Below, piece by piece: positions 26,601 through 40,411 of a stretch of DNA of 64,000 nucleotides. The notes under the pieces are model-generated. The model had not been told where the DNA came from. It worked only from the letters and a program-made list of their open reading frames with translations, and did no database searches. Both the position numbers and the translations under genes were made by a program. The stretch is from Ptychomitrium polyphyllum. Its lineage: Eukaryota. The stretch is from the NCBI GenBank assembly GCA_973851085.1, contig OZ316775.1, positions 15,748,001-15,812,000 on the forward strand, written 5' to 3'. The stretch's first letter is position 1. The number at the start of each line of letters is the position of its first letter.

Positions 26601-27832
26601 ATACCAGTAAATCAGACACTTATCCCTTGATTCAAGAATCTGATCCTAGTTTTTTTGAGGTTGATGTGCAGCACCATGCATTTAGAAATATGTTATACTA
26701 GATAGTATGTAGCTGTTTAGTATGACATGTAGGTGCATGATCTTACCACATCATACTCAATTTTTCAGTTCTTTAACACAAATGAAAAACAGCCAGATGA
26801 CACTGTTAGGTCCCACTCAAGACCACTGTGTTTTAGGAGATGGCCATGGCTACCAAGTACCTTGAGTGCCACTCAAGTTTCCATGAAATGATATCAATGA
26901 TGCACAAGGGCATCACTTAAAATCAATGTACAATACTTTACCACCAGCTTTACTGTGACCACAGTTCAATTTCATAGGAAAGTTCAAATGTCATCTTTTA
27001 ACCCTGTCTCTGGACAAACCTAAAAATGCATGAAAAATGGTACACGTGACTTATCATAAAATATTCCTTAAGATTTTCTCTGGTGAACTTATCACAGGAC
27101 ATCCTTGCTAAGATATCTAGCTTTGATGCACTTTCAAAAAGTAGGAAATACACATATTAGAACACAAATTTCAGTTCAAATTTGGAGAATGCTCTAACAT
27201 AGGAGCCTTAACTGAAAATTACAAAAACCAAGCCAATAAGTCCCAACCAGCAATCAACCCTAAGAAATCCTGTGAAACCCCCAAGTAGTATTAATCCTAA
27301 TTGGTCCTTTCCACTCTTTTGTAAAATCAGCAATCATATTTCATGGAACATATACATACATGTACAGTAGATGGCAAGCAGTAACTTTGCAATAAACAAT
27401 ACTGTCAGTTTGGGTCCACGTACAAATATCTCTAGAGTACCTGGCCCCAGCTGCCAAAGCAGACCTCCACATGTCTGAGCAGCAGAGACTTTACATAGCA
27501 ATAGCAACCAAAAACGTATTTAAGCACAAGTCTTTATTACTGTCATTACAATAAAAATACAAACAAGTACTCAGACATTAATCTTATACCTCTTATCAGC
27601 CTAGTGACGCTTTTCATAAGTATAAATCCAGCTTGACTTACAAAAATTAGTAAAGACAGAGTTCAATTGCTGCAAATTGCGTCTTTGGAAGAAGCTAGAA
27701 AAGAAATAAGAATTCAAAGTGCTCGACTTTTAGATTAAACTCGATTATAGGATGATGAAATTGACAAAGAAAGAATTCTCAAAAAGTCATGTTTTGTCCT
27801 CCAGACGAAACTACTGAACAAACTGTACACAA

Positions 27833-30800
27833 CTAAATGCGACGCTCGCCGGACACGGAAGCCCCCAACACCACTAACACACCAGTGAGCGCACTAATTG
27901 CTGTGAAGCGGGCCACAACACTGTAATCTGCTGGGTTTCCAGCTGGCACCATCCAATCCAGCACACCGCCGGTCTTTGCTGAAATCGCTGCACTTCCCGT
28001 GAAAACCTCATTCCATCTGCTGCTGGGAAGATTGACCTCTTGCTGCTGACAAGACACAAACATATGGGGCATAGGGATGTGCACGATGCTGTGACTGTCC
28101 ACAGAGAGAGGCTGCATGCACATCATTTCATACTGTTACTACGTGCACCAAATCCGTTGGAACAAAGCACCAGCTGATGAATTGTCACACAACACCAGAT
28201 TACAAAACAGAGTACATGCAGTGGAACTGGTGGGGTCCTTCACAACAGCTCGGAGCGACAAACACAATGAGTGGTCCCACATTAAACTGTGAGGTCCAAC
28301 CATAAACGTCGAGGGCCTCCTGCCTCATCTCTTCAAAAAGCTACAAAGCGCCTCGAGAGCTCCACAATTTTAAAATAGATCCTGAAATCACCCCAACAGT
28401 TTCTCTTTCCAACTCTGATAGAATGATATAAAAGAGGTCCTGATCTTACAAAACCACAGCATGGGAGTGATGACATACCGGATAACGAGCATGCAAAGGA
28501 ACAGCCACCGTGGCTTGCAGCAGAGACTCAGCAGCGGTATTACCAGTGCTGTTCACCTTTTGCAAGGTGACATCCACAACCACAATCGACTGCGTGGAGG
28601 AAAAGGCAGGTCGTTCAAGGTCCTTATCTCCATGAATCCAAGCGTCCTTGACCCCTGCAAACAATACTAAGACTTCAACAGGTAGTCCAATAAAAAAAGC
28701 CTCCACGAATTAAACCCGTTAAATGCCTAAAATTTAAAAACTTGTTCTCTTTGAACGGACTTATGTAGAGCAGCAATAATTGTAAACTCGGGGGAACATG
28801 ATGACCTCTGTTGCTCCATGCTAAGCTATTTTGATGGTAAACACAACACAAAACACGGGACGACGACCCATATCGGACAAGAACAGTCATACAAAGAGTG
28901 CTAGAGCGACCGAGCAAACAACTACTTGCTCAATATCAAGCGAGCTGCCAGTGTCACACTCAGCATGCTACTTCCTGTCTTTCTCACAAGTTGAAAGATA
29001 GCTGCAAGCAACTCCAGATCTATACCTCCACGGCGTTGAATGCCTTGCAGTTCGAACTGATCCGCAAAAACTCCACTCGGCAGCCTCTCTAAGAGTCTCA
29101 ACTCACAACTATCGTGCAATGTCCGGGCAGTATCAGCTGGCCATGACAGAGTCAAGGTGGATAGCACCACGCGGTGAGAGCCCTTCCCGACCAGTGCCCG
29201 CTCAATGTCTTCGAGGACCCAATGCTCTCCCGTGTCCTCTCCACCCGCACTCGAGGGACTGCACTCCGAAAGATCCGTTGAGTTCAGCTTCACTCGCAGC
29301 TCAGAATCACCTGGAATGTCATAGTCCACGACAGATCCACCTGATTTAATGGTTGCTGCTGTACACTTCGGTGGCAAGATCGAACGAGCCGATTCACAGT
29401 AGGCCACGGAGAGGCTCTGGCGTTTCTCTTGTGGCGACACTAGAGTCAGACTCCGCTGGTGTACCTGGCATCCACGCGACAACAACATGAGAACAACACC
29501 ATCCCGTTTCCTCTTCCTAGCCGTAAATGACAGCACAGGAGGTATTTCAAATCAAAAAGCCCAAGCGAAGTGGACATGTAAGGGAACAGCCTCGAATGTG
29601 CGTCTCAAGATACTCTCGCGAGTCAGAGAGTTAGCGTCAAGAACAACACTGCAACAATACTTTCGATTGAGCCAAACGGAATACGCACTGCAAGGAAGGA
29701 TAACCTGCCATTGCGAGGAAGAGAGTTCCTTGCTCCAAAGCGATGCACGTCCTGCCAGCCACTGTGGCAGAAAGCGACCCCTCTTCTCTGACTTCAAATT
29801 GGACGAAGTCGCTCCCAAAAACGAGAAGAACGACGGCCAGCTGTCCTCCTTCCCGAGCCCATTGAAAGACGAACCAGGAAGCCAATGCCACAGTCCCAAC
29901 GCCGAAACCCCCAAATGCTCTCCTCTGGTGCTAAGATCAGGAACAGAGCTCCTGAAGGATTTCGGCACCAGGGCCTCCATCTCCACTCCGAGGTCGGTTC
30001 CTCCTCGAAGAACCACCATTGTCTTGAAGGGAGACTGGATCTGAAAGACAGGGTCCACAGGGAAGAGTAGATCACGCCAAGCAGTCGAAGGAGAACTTGC
30101 CGATTTCATCATCTTCAAAAAACCATCTCAAAAAAAGATCGAAGTAGCCTTCTGACGACTGGCCCACTGACCTAAGATGTCACAAAACCCAGGCACCTGC
30201 TAATGGCCAAAGATGACAGTAGATTGAACAGCACAATGTGAAGAGGATTGGACGGAGGAGAACCCCATGAATTGCAAACTTGCCGGCACATTATTCAGGA
30301 GAGGATGGATCCAACCATGCCAGACGTGCAACATCCCACCCTTACCACTCTGGCGTCCCGATCCAGCCCGAGAGGCCCAACACTGCTCCATCCGATCGCC
30401 TCGCCACCGATTATCTCCTTCAGAAGCAGCTCCATTCTACCCAAACTCGCCGCAACGAAATCCCCTCGACTTTTCGTTCCGAAGACTGTGTCGTTGAAAA
30501 GCTCGCTCGCGCCATCAGCGCCCTGACTCTTGAGGGCGAGTACCATGCGCGTGCCCAAAGGCCCGACGCCATCTCCCTGCACGTTCATACACAAAGAACC
30601 CACAGCATCAGGAATCGACACCAAGTGCCATCAGCGCCACATTCCACCACATTTCCAATGAGCTCTTCACTGTCCCAAAGAATCAAAAACCTCTGTCCTA
30701 ACAACCCACCAATAATTCACCCACAACCCCAACATCATTCACCAAACCTAAACAGAGCCGCCAGAAACATTCTCACCGGTAGAAGTAGATTGGTGTTGTC

Positions 30801-31043
30801 GATGCGCAGCCAGCTCAGGTGGCGCAGGAAATCCTCACCCGTGCCGATGTTCCGCAGCGACAGGCGCGCACAGTAGCGCGCTTCCACCTGCGAGGACCCC
30901 ACGACGCAAACATCCTCCTGCTCCACCACCACAGCCTCCCCCAGAGAACCACCACCCCCATAGGCCACTGCATGAGAACAATCGAGGTCGCTAGCGAACA
31001 GCACGACGAGCAGCAGCAGCAGCGAGGCAGCACACGATTCCAT
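27833..31043 (-). CDS. PIGX: PIG-X/PBN1-like GPI-mannosyltransferase I subunit with a long luminal N-terminus. Proposed exons 31043-30777, 30576-30346, 30040-29705, 29464-29026, 28654-28479, 28111-27833 (~575 aa)
   Basis: Signal peptide (MESCAASLLLLLVVLFAS); PIG-X motifs LERLPSGVFADQFELQ, GDKDLERP, VPLHARYP, VPAGN; C-terminal TM helix. Middle exon boundaries were inferred from phase consistency. Confidence 0.82.
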
Positions 31044-31469
31044 CGCTCCGGAGCGACTCACGTCGCAAGCGGCGCGTCTCGGACGTCGCGAGAACGCCGA
31101 ACCCAACTACACCACCCCGCGGTCGTGGGGATCCTCAGTGATGGATGAAACTACAAACTTATGGTCCCTTGTTGCATATACTACGTTTTCGGTAGTGGGA
31201 GTGAAGCTTTTACTTTGCTTCGGAGGTGGACTTTTAGATTGCCGAGGGTTTTGGGTGTTTGAAGGGAAGCCAAAGTGGCTTATTTAGTGGTTTAGGGTTT
31301 AAGGCTCTTTGCGTTAATGTGGAGCCTGGTGGGTCATGTCGCTGTGATTTTGTATCCGGGATCTTAGGTTGAGGCTTGCAGAGGAGAGATTACCGAGATT
31401 GTGCTTGGTGTTGGTAGTATTGACTTTAGGCTTCGAGCTTGACAGAGCCCAGTTGTTGTAGTCGTCATC
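31044..31469. promoter_or_regulatory. Probable bidirectional promoter between PIG-X and NOP14, with a telo-box (TTAGGGTTT, 31292-31300)
   Basis: Divergent ATGs only 426 bp apart; telo-box in between. Confidence 0.65.
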
Positions 31470-34400
31470 ATGAAGAAGAAGAAGGTACTGGAGGGGTTGG
31501 TTGGTGTTGAATTTTTGTCATGGGTGTTGTGAGGTCAGTGTGGAGTTGAGAGGGAGTTGGGTTACAGGAGGTTTTATTCCTTTTTTGGTGGCGTGGGGTG
31601 TTTTGATTGATGCGTGGGATTTGGTGTTGTGGGTCGTTTGGGTTTGGTGGGTTTGCAGGTACCGGCTGGGAAGCACAAGCAGGGAGGAGGGAAGCAGGGG
31701 AGCTGGAAGCAAGGGGGCGCGAAAGCAGTGGGTGGGAGCAAGGAGAATGTGTTCGAGACACTCTGGACGCGGCGCAAGTTCGATGTGTTGGGGAAGAAGC
31801 AGAAAGGGGGGGATGCCAAGCGTGTTGGGCAAGCGCGTTCTGCTGCTCTAGACAAGGTGCGTTTAGGTTGTGAATTGTGAGGCTGGTTGCAGGTTTAGGG
31901 GTTTCTAGGTACAGTTCAATGTCGACATCGTAAGGTTAAGTTTTTTGTAGACTATGGAGCTAGGCGATAAGCTAGTTATTCTCGCAAATGCTGTAGTTCT
32001 TGCGAGCTGCACCTGAAGAACATTGTGGATGAGCGAGGGCGTATTTCTAATCGCAATGTTGAGAACATGGTTTTAAGGGTGATTCTATGGTGAAGCATGG
32101 CTGAGAACTATATGAGATTTTACGTTCGCGACTCACATCACTCTTGGATGTAAAGGATGTCACGAGTCTATTTCTTATTAGCGATAAGTAGCCTGCCCGG
32201 AAATCTTCTAATGTAAAGCCACGGAAAGTTGTTGTTTTTGATATTCATCGCTCAGTGTAGTGATGCCGGTGATTGGATCCTCTTTGCAGAGGAAGAAATC
32301 ATTGTTGCAAGAGTACAAGCAGCGGGGGAAGACAAATGCTTTTTTAGATCATCGGTTTGGGGAGCACGACGAAAGTTTGGGGGATGAGGACAAAGCGATT
32401 CTTCGATTTCAAAAAGAGCGAATGGTATATCATTTTTGCCTATATGTTCACACGGCGTTCCATCCTAATTTGAAGTCGCCTTCATCTTCCCTCATCCCAT
32501 TTGCACTTTTTTGGAATTTGTTGAGGTACCGGATATGTGTTTATCCAATGGAATGATGTCACATTTACACATTTCAGACCCGTGATTTTATTCTTTGGTT
32601 TAGTCAATGGATTTATGATCGAGGCTTTTGCTGTTATTTCAGGTTCAAATGCAGAAAAAGAGCAAGTTTGCACTGGAAGACGAAGATGATGATTATGATG
32701 AACCAACAGAGTTACTTACGCATGGGGGGAATGCACTTTCAACTTTCGACGATTTCAAAGATAATATCTCTATCGAGGACGATGATGATGCTGGATGTAT
32801 GGTTTTCTATCTCTAAGTTTAGCTCGCCTACTTCTGCATTAGTACTAATTCTTTTAAACTAGTTTGTATGCGTTTTTTACAAAAATTGGCATTATTACTC
32901 AGTGTTTGTGGCTGAGAGACAGGTTCTGTACATTTTGTGGGCTGCAGTGAACGCAGACATTGTAAGGGACCTTCATTTTGGTGGTGGGTTTGTTGAGAAG
33001 AAAGGTGGGGAAGATGGGGGTGGAGAAGGAAAGGTGGGTTAATAGGATTTTATTTTGATTTAATAATGTGATGTATCCTTATAGTTGTGCCTTGTGAGTT
33101 AGGGGCTATTACTTGGGACTTTATTTTGTTCACTCGCGCCATCACTAATTCATGATGAATGTGACTCAATACCATATCGTTGGAAAGAGCTATTTGAGTT
33201 CTTGTAAACGGTTTGGTACATTGTTCATGATATAAAGTTGGATGTTGTTTTGATTGGTATGCAGAAGCGCTCCAAGAAAGAAATTATGGAGGAGGTTATT
33301 GCCAAGAGCAAATATTTTAAGGCAGGTTTCTGAAGTCAAATGCGTTGTTGGTTATGGTTCTTTTAAGTAGTTTACATTATTTTAAAGGATTTCCTGCACT
33401 TATATCTGTGTTGTAGGCGAGTGCAATGAGAACTGAAAAACGACATGATTTCTTCTTGGAGAACGTGCATAATAAAAGAATAAAATGAGTGGTTTTGCAG
33501 GCTCAAAAGGCAAAAGAGAAGGAAGAAGATCATGATTTGAAGGAGATGCTGGATGCCGATTTTACTGCATTGGCTCAGTCAGGTGGTTTGTTATCCCTTA
33601 TTCGCCCCAAGAAAGTGGATGCTTTAAAATCCCTGCTTGCAAAAGGAGCTACAGGAGATAATGGTAGTGCCATGAAAGTATTGAAAGCTGGTGACAAAAC
33701 TCTAGAAGTGAAGGTAGCGCTTGTTACACAACACAATTTCCCAATTGGTCCTCCTTTACTCCATTCCATGCTAGCTCTATGCAGATGTTTATCATATCTA
33801 TAATTACATATTTGTGCACCGTTGAATTTGTATGGAAGAGTAATAAGAGGGCTAGTATGAACATACACTCTGCGAGTAATACTGTTGTGCGAGATCAAGA
33901 AGAGTTCACTACCACTTATATTTTTGTCGGTGGTTCAGGGTTAATGAGAAACTATCACCATTTGCGTACTGCACATGCTAATCTTTGAAATCCAGATCTT
34001 CATTATTCCAACTGTCTTGATTGTCTTTCCTTGTATAGTGTGTTACCGTAGGTAGCTCTATTTTACTTTCGAGGAAAAATCGTGTCTGAGTTCACGTATC
34101 ACGACGTTACACTAAATTTTCCTTCCTGGGTGTTGCAGGAAAAGCCTGACGAGTATGACAAGCTGGTGAAAGAGATGGGCTTTGAGATGAGGGGTCATGC
34201 CTCAGATCGGTCAAAAACTGCGGAGGAGATAGCTAAAGAGGAGCGTACTCGCTTGGAAGAGCTTGAGGTGATCAGGTTTCTTTAACACTCATAGTGGTAT
34301 TATACTTATAATGTTCACTGGTCATGTAATTTTGTGACAAGCTTCAAGTATTCAATTGCAAACAGGAATTAATGGTTGTAGATTGTTGTAAAGCAGGGTG

Positions 34401-37400
34401 TATCGTGTCTACATAGGACGGAGAGAATGAGTTTCTCCTGTAAGCTCTATTTTGCTCATTAGTATTGTCGTCCTTGGTGCAGAAAAAACGCAAGCAGCGG
34501 ATGCTTGGAGGATTAGAATCTGATGAAAATGAAGATGAATATGAGAGTGATAAAGATGAGGAAGAAGTACAGCGGCTGCAGAAAAAGAAGAGAAGAGAAA
34601 TCTCTGGTGATGATCTTGGTGAGAACTTTGAAGTTGAGGATGAATACCAGGAGAAAGGTTGGGTTGATGATGTATTAGCAAGGAAAGATGATAGTGATGA
34701 CGAAGATGATGAAGGTTCTGGTGACGGGTCGGAGAAGGAGGACGAGGCTGGTTCAGAAGAAGGTTCCGATGATGAGGATGGAAGTGAAGGAACTGAGGAT
34801 GGAAGTGAAGAATCTGAGGATTGGGAGCGTAGTGAAGATGAACTAGGAGGTATCGAGGGGATTCCAAAGTTGTCTGCAGAAGATCAAGATCTACTGGACA
34901 AACTTCTTGCAGCTAAAAAAGGTCCTAAGCCAGAAAAGGAAGCCAGAAATCTCTTGGAGAAAGAAAATAAAATGTTACAGAAAGCAAAGAAACCACTCTC
35001 GGAAGTACATGAGCCAGACGATGCTCTTCCGTATGTAATTGATGCACCACAAACTTTGCTTGCATTTCGTCAGTTGGTTGATAATAGATCTATTGAGGAC
35101 TTACAAATTGCAGTTGAAAGGATAAGGAAGTGCAATGCCATAAGTTTGGCTGCTGAGAATCGGAAGAAGATGCAGGTGTGTTTCCTTTCCTTGAAGCTAA
35201 CCAACCTCACGTGGCTTCCACCTTGTTCCAAACATCTCATATTAAGTTATTTCTAAAATTGGTGAAAAGTGAACTTATGAATGATGACCAGTACAGTATG
35301 AAGTTGGTACGAACAGCTCTGTATGTGGAAAGATGGGCTACAGAGCCCTTAACAAGCACAGTATGGCTTTAAATTTATGGTTTGAATGTTGTGTCCTACA
35401 TAAGAAACACTCACCAACAGCCAGCTTTTTTCTAACACTCCTAACCATGTTTTGGTGTGCCTGCAGGTATTTTACAATGTGTTGCTTCAGTACTTTGCAA
35501 CCTTGGCAGGCGAACGGCCTTTAAATTTGCAAAGAGTTAATGCATTAGTGAAACCGTTGATAGAACTAAGTGGAGAGAGCCATTATTATGCTGCTGTGTG
35601 TGCTCGTGAGCGCATTATACGCATGCAGAAACAGCTATCTGAGAAGCTACAAAGTACAGGTATCCTGGGACTATCATAACCTTGTAGAACCCATGTATAT
35701 TGTTTCAGGCCTAAAGCATTGGTATGGAATATGTTATTAGCTTCTTATGAAATCGTGTTCGTATGGAGTATTGTTCTTCCTTTCCGATTGTTCCACCTTG
35801 TTACGTGAATTGTGATTTGTTATATTACTCTATGAAGACATTATTGTGGCTTTTCCACATTCTTGCAGAGTATGTCATCGTGGGAGGTTGGGAAGGGTGC
35901 TCTAACAGTAAATTCTTTCACACTTGATATCATATAACCGTATCTTCGCTCATCAATGTAAATTTTCTGGTTGTGGCAGATGATATTAGTTGCTGGCCCT
36001 CAAATCGAACGTTGTTACTGTTTAGGCTTTGGTCCATGATCTTTCCTCCCTCCGACTTTCGTCATGCTGTCATGACTCCTGCAATGCTCCTTATGTCTGA
36101 ATACTTGCTGCGTTGCCCTGTCAAATCTGGTCATGATGTTGCTGTTGGCACCTTTATCTGCTCACTTCTACATTCGGTCAGTACAGCTCCATTTTCATGT
36201 CAACGTGCATTTGTCATTGTTTCCTTGTAAACACCTGCAACTTCTGCTGAAACTTTGTGATATTTTACTCTAATTAATTTCTTGGAAGCTACTACAGGTT
36301 ATGAGACCAGCAAAGAGATTTTGTCCAGAGGCTCTTAGCTTTCTGCAAGCACTTCTTCTGTCAGCACTGCCCAAGTTGAATCGATCTAAGGGCTTGCCTG
36401 ATGTTGCTCTTGTAAGTCTTCTGCTAACCCAAGTTTTGCTGCTATTCAAGTGATATTTTTGTTTGGAATGTTCTAGATCTTGTTTTTCATTGTAGTAGTA
36501 TTATCTATTAAAATGAATTCCTCAGATCCTGGTACAGTTTGAAGGGAGCAGAATACGTAGATTGCATTTTGGTTTATTGAATTCGCAATAGATCTAGCTA
36601 AATGATGCTAACGTGTTAGAATTACAAGAGCAGGGAGACCGAAGTTTAGTTCAATTTGCATTAATTTCGTTCCGACTCAAATTGAACTTTAATCAAATAG
36701 AATATGTAAAATATCACATTGCTAATTTTTATCTGTTATGGCAGCACTGTCCTTCCCATCTGGTGGAGTACGTTGTTTCTAAACAATGGTTGCAGATTTC
36801 AAGCTCTAAGCCTGCAGCGGTAGATGCACAACCTTTAGATTTTACAAGCTTGCTTACGGCTGATAGTTCTGCATCTTTATTCGAGTCTGATTCATTCAAG
36901 TAAGTTTCTACTCTGGTAACTTCCTGAACTTCATGCTTAACTATATGCAACGATTCAGATCTAGCTGTGGTTGCCGAGGACGTGGGAGTACTCCAGTAAC
37001 AGTGTACTCGGATCCATTGAGTGCATATATTCTGGCTATAATGTTAATCAAGTGTTGGTGACTTTGGATGCTTTCGTTGATTGGCTCTGCAGAGTTGGGA
37101 TTTTGTACAGTGTGATGAAGACCTTAAGTGGATTCGTGGAAGTTTACTCCGATATTTTGTCGTTCCCAGAGGTTTTTTCACCATTTGTATTGTTATTGGG
37201 GCAATTAAGAAAAGATGATGTCCTTCCAGAAGGCTTGATGACCTTGACTACCGAAGTACACCAGTTTATAATGGAGAAGGTGAAAGAGCATGAGACCTTC
37301 CGACAGCCTTTACGTATGAGAATGAGCAAGCCGATTCCTATCAAAACGTTTAATCCTCAATTTGAAGAAGAGTGAGTGCTCTGTTCCTCTTTGTTTTCAC

Positions 37401-37792
37401 TGACTAAAAAAGTTTGGCCGCATTAGTCTCAGTTTCAACATCTCTTTTTGTTGTCTTCCTAGCGGTCACTTTGAGAGACTTCGCTGATGGGATGGGTAAA
37501 ACCTGTGCTCTGGGGTTTTTGCAGCTATGTTAAAGGCAGAGATTATGATCCTGATCGGCAGAGAGCAGAAACTAAGAAGCTTCAAAAGGAGATTAAACGG
37601 AATAAAAAGGGTGCAGCTCGAGAACTCCGGAAAGACAACTGGTTCTTGGCTGAAGAAAAAGCTAAGGAAAATGCAATTTTACAGCGAGAACGTGAAGAGA
37701 AGTATAACAAAGCCATGTCCTTTTTAGAACAACAAGAGTCTGCCGTCAAATCTGGGCAACTTGGCAAAGGAAGAAAGAGGAAAAAGCGGTAG
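31470..37792 (+). CDS. NOP14: Nucleolar protein 14 (SSU processome), ~15 exons; first exon MKKKK 31470-31484, last exon ~37525-37792
   Basis: ENVFE..RRKFDVLG, KTNAFLDHRFGE, LTHGG, SKKEIMEEVIAKSK, DRSKTAEEIA, SDFRHAVMTPA, KRFCPEALSFL, PIKTFNPQFEE, YDPDRQRAE..KGAARELRKDN. Confidence 0.95.
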
Positions 37793-40411
37793 TGTAGTGA
37801 CTAGTTTATGTTATAAGTTGAGGTTTTGGATAGCTGTGTTGATTAAATGATGTGTGGGAATTATTCTATGATAGTGGATCGGTTGAAAAGATTTACAGCA
37901 ATCTTTGCTGTGAATGAATGGATTCGGTAGGCTCTGCAAGTAGAGGATGGACATACTAGTAGTTGTGTTCTCTGACACACCAATACCAGCCACTTCAAAC
38001 ACTAAAAGCCTCGAGTGCAACGCTCTAACATACTGAATATGAACTGCACTTTACAGTACCTCTCAAAACCAAGTCAGTGTTAGATTTTCATTCCAAGAGC
38101 TATGTTGTGAGTAAACAGGTTTGAGAAGCCTAAACACAAGCTCTAGTAAGGTAACTACAGCCTTTATGGATGTGTAAAAGTAGATCTTCATGCACTCGCA
38201 GAAGTTATTGTTAAATGATTAATGTTTTCTAAAAATGGAGACCATATTTACAAAACCTTCTTATGATCTTTTGCAAAAGCATTTTTGTGAAAAAAATAGA
38301 TTCTTCAAATTTTGGCATGAAGCTGCAAACTCTTGTATATGATGTATTATATGATTTTGTAGCATGGACTTATCACTTATTTACAACGTTATTGACAATG
38401 AATCATAAATGGCGTGGAGTATATGAGGATGTATTGAAGTAGTTGTAACATAAATAGAAAGATATAGACAAATTTTGAGTGAAATTGAAAATGTAGTTGC
38501 ATTTGTGCTAGTGATATAGTTAACTTTGAAATTCATTTACACCAAAATTGTCCTGAATTTTTGCTCCAATTTTTTTTTAGAATTATGCTATACATTGTCC
38601 AATATAGCTTTTGTATCTAGGCTTATGGCTTTTGTTGACTCATAATCACAATGTAGTTCTTAGAATGAAAATTCTATCAAACACTGTCTTGATTTTGAGA
38701 GGCACGGTATCTATTGTGCACTACACATCCTTATTCAAACCAGAAGATTTGCATAAATGAGTTTGCACAAAAGTAAATTCTACATTCAACATCAATATTC
38801 ACACTGTACATTGAAGATTGATGATGAGAATTGTGGAAAGTTACCTTTGCTGGGAAGAAAATTGTTGCATAGTTGGGACAGTCACTCTCTTCCCATATAG
38901 CATAACGTACTTAACCTGAGAATATCCCCTTCAACATGTCACAAATTGGCTTTTAACAGTGCAGATGTTTCTTTCAAATAATATGAAAGTTATTGTAGTG
39001 ATGATTAAAAAGTTACCAAGGGAAATTTTTAGCTAATGGAATGTGTGCATAAAGCACTAATGATAAAGTAATTGCACTTATTTTCATTTCAAAGTAGGTA
39101 CTTGAAAGACCCGCTTCTTGAAGAAATAAGAAACTGTTCCAATAGTGATTTTCTTGGACCATTTGTTACTGCAGCTCGTCCAGCACTTGCTCCACTTCCT
39201 ACACTTGTTGTACCAATTGTACCTAAGTCACTTGTACAACAATTTGTTTCAGCACAATATTTCTCTTCATGATGAGTCAAATGAAGAATGAGCTTGTAGT
39301 AAAATAGGAGAATTAAAAGAATGAAGAAAAGAGAATTCCGACCAGATGAAAAATATGAGAGTAGAAAAATGGAAGAACAAGAATTGAAACATAAGACTCA
39401 CTGTAGAATTCACGATACTTTTACCATGCGTAGTTAATATTTCTACCACTATCTGAGTATTACCTATTTATCATATTAATATAAACAGGGTATAAACACA
39501 TTATCATAGAATCTAAGTGTCAACTAGTGCTGGAAAATTGTGAGAATAAGAAGAATGGAGACAATATAAATAAAAATGTGAAAAAATGATAAGTGAGGTA
39601 CAAGATACCTAATACACTTTCAAACGTAAAAGCTATTTTCAGACCACAATAAACACTAAAACTTTTTTGAAGTAACTTGGGACACATCTTTACTGTTATC
39701 AGCACCAGTTTCTCATTGTTTCCAATACATTACTTTCTCAATCACTAATGTATTGGAAACAAGGTAGGCAAAGAAGTTTCAAAACTTCCCCACCCTACTT
39801 CACCACGTTTCTTTCCCTATTCCTCAATAATATTGAACTACATTTGTTGCACCATATTTGTTGCCACTGTCTTGACTTCCTCTCAAGTAGCAATTTCTTG
39901 CTCATTTGAAGCATATATGAAGAAATAGGAGACATTTTCAAGGGTTTCCCCAAATGTAGTAAGCTACTTTGTAACAAATCATTCTCCGTAATATTTCCAC
40001 AAACTGGGTGATGCCGTAAGTACTCAGAAACAAGTACGACTGCAGAGGTGCACTAAAATCATACACGCGGCCTTGGAGATCACTAAACATACTTAACGTT
40101 CAAGATGAGCGGGTCCTCTTGTACAACTTTTGGTATTTCTCATGTATCCGCGCGGCAAACGGATCTTACAAAAAGTCTAGGTTCTCACTTCTATGTCAAA
40201 AGTCGCTTACTAAGCCAGGGACTTCGCTGGACAGGAACTGTCTGTGTGCAATACCTGTGCATAGTACGTCTTAAGAGGAAAGCATCTTGCGGTGCTGATG
40301 CTGCACTCTTGAACTACAACAAAGGTAATTCTTAGAGGGCAACTCTCATTTCCAAGCTCGAGAACATGCAACTTAAGTTCTCCACACAACCCAAAGTCTT
40401 CACAACTGCCT

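Noticed and set aside
29487..30876. Plus-strand ORFs of 185 and 198 aa antisense to PIG-X
   Set aside because: Low-complexity antisense shadows with no motifs.
35282..35380. ATGATGA box C-like motif in a NOP14 intron (also ~33152)
   Set aside because: No downstream CTGA box D or terminal stem, so no snoRNA call.
39072..39280. Small ORFs between NOP14 and eIF5B (CAETNCC)
   Set aside because: No proper ATG or splice context and no recognisable family.
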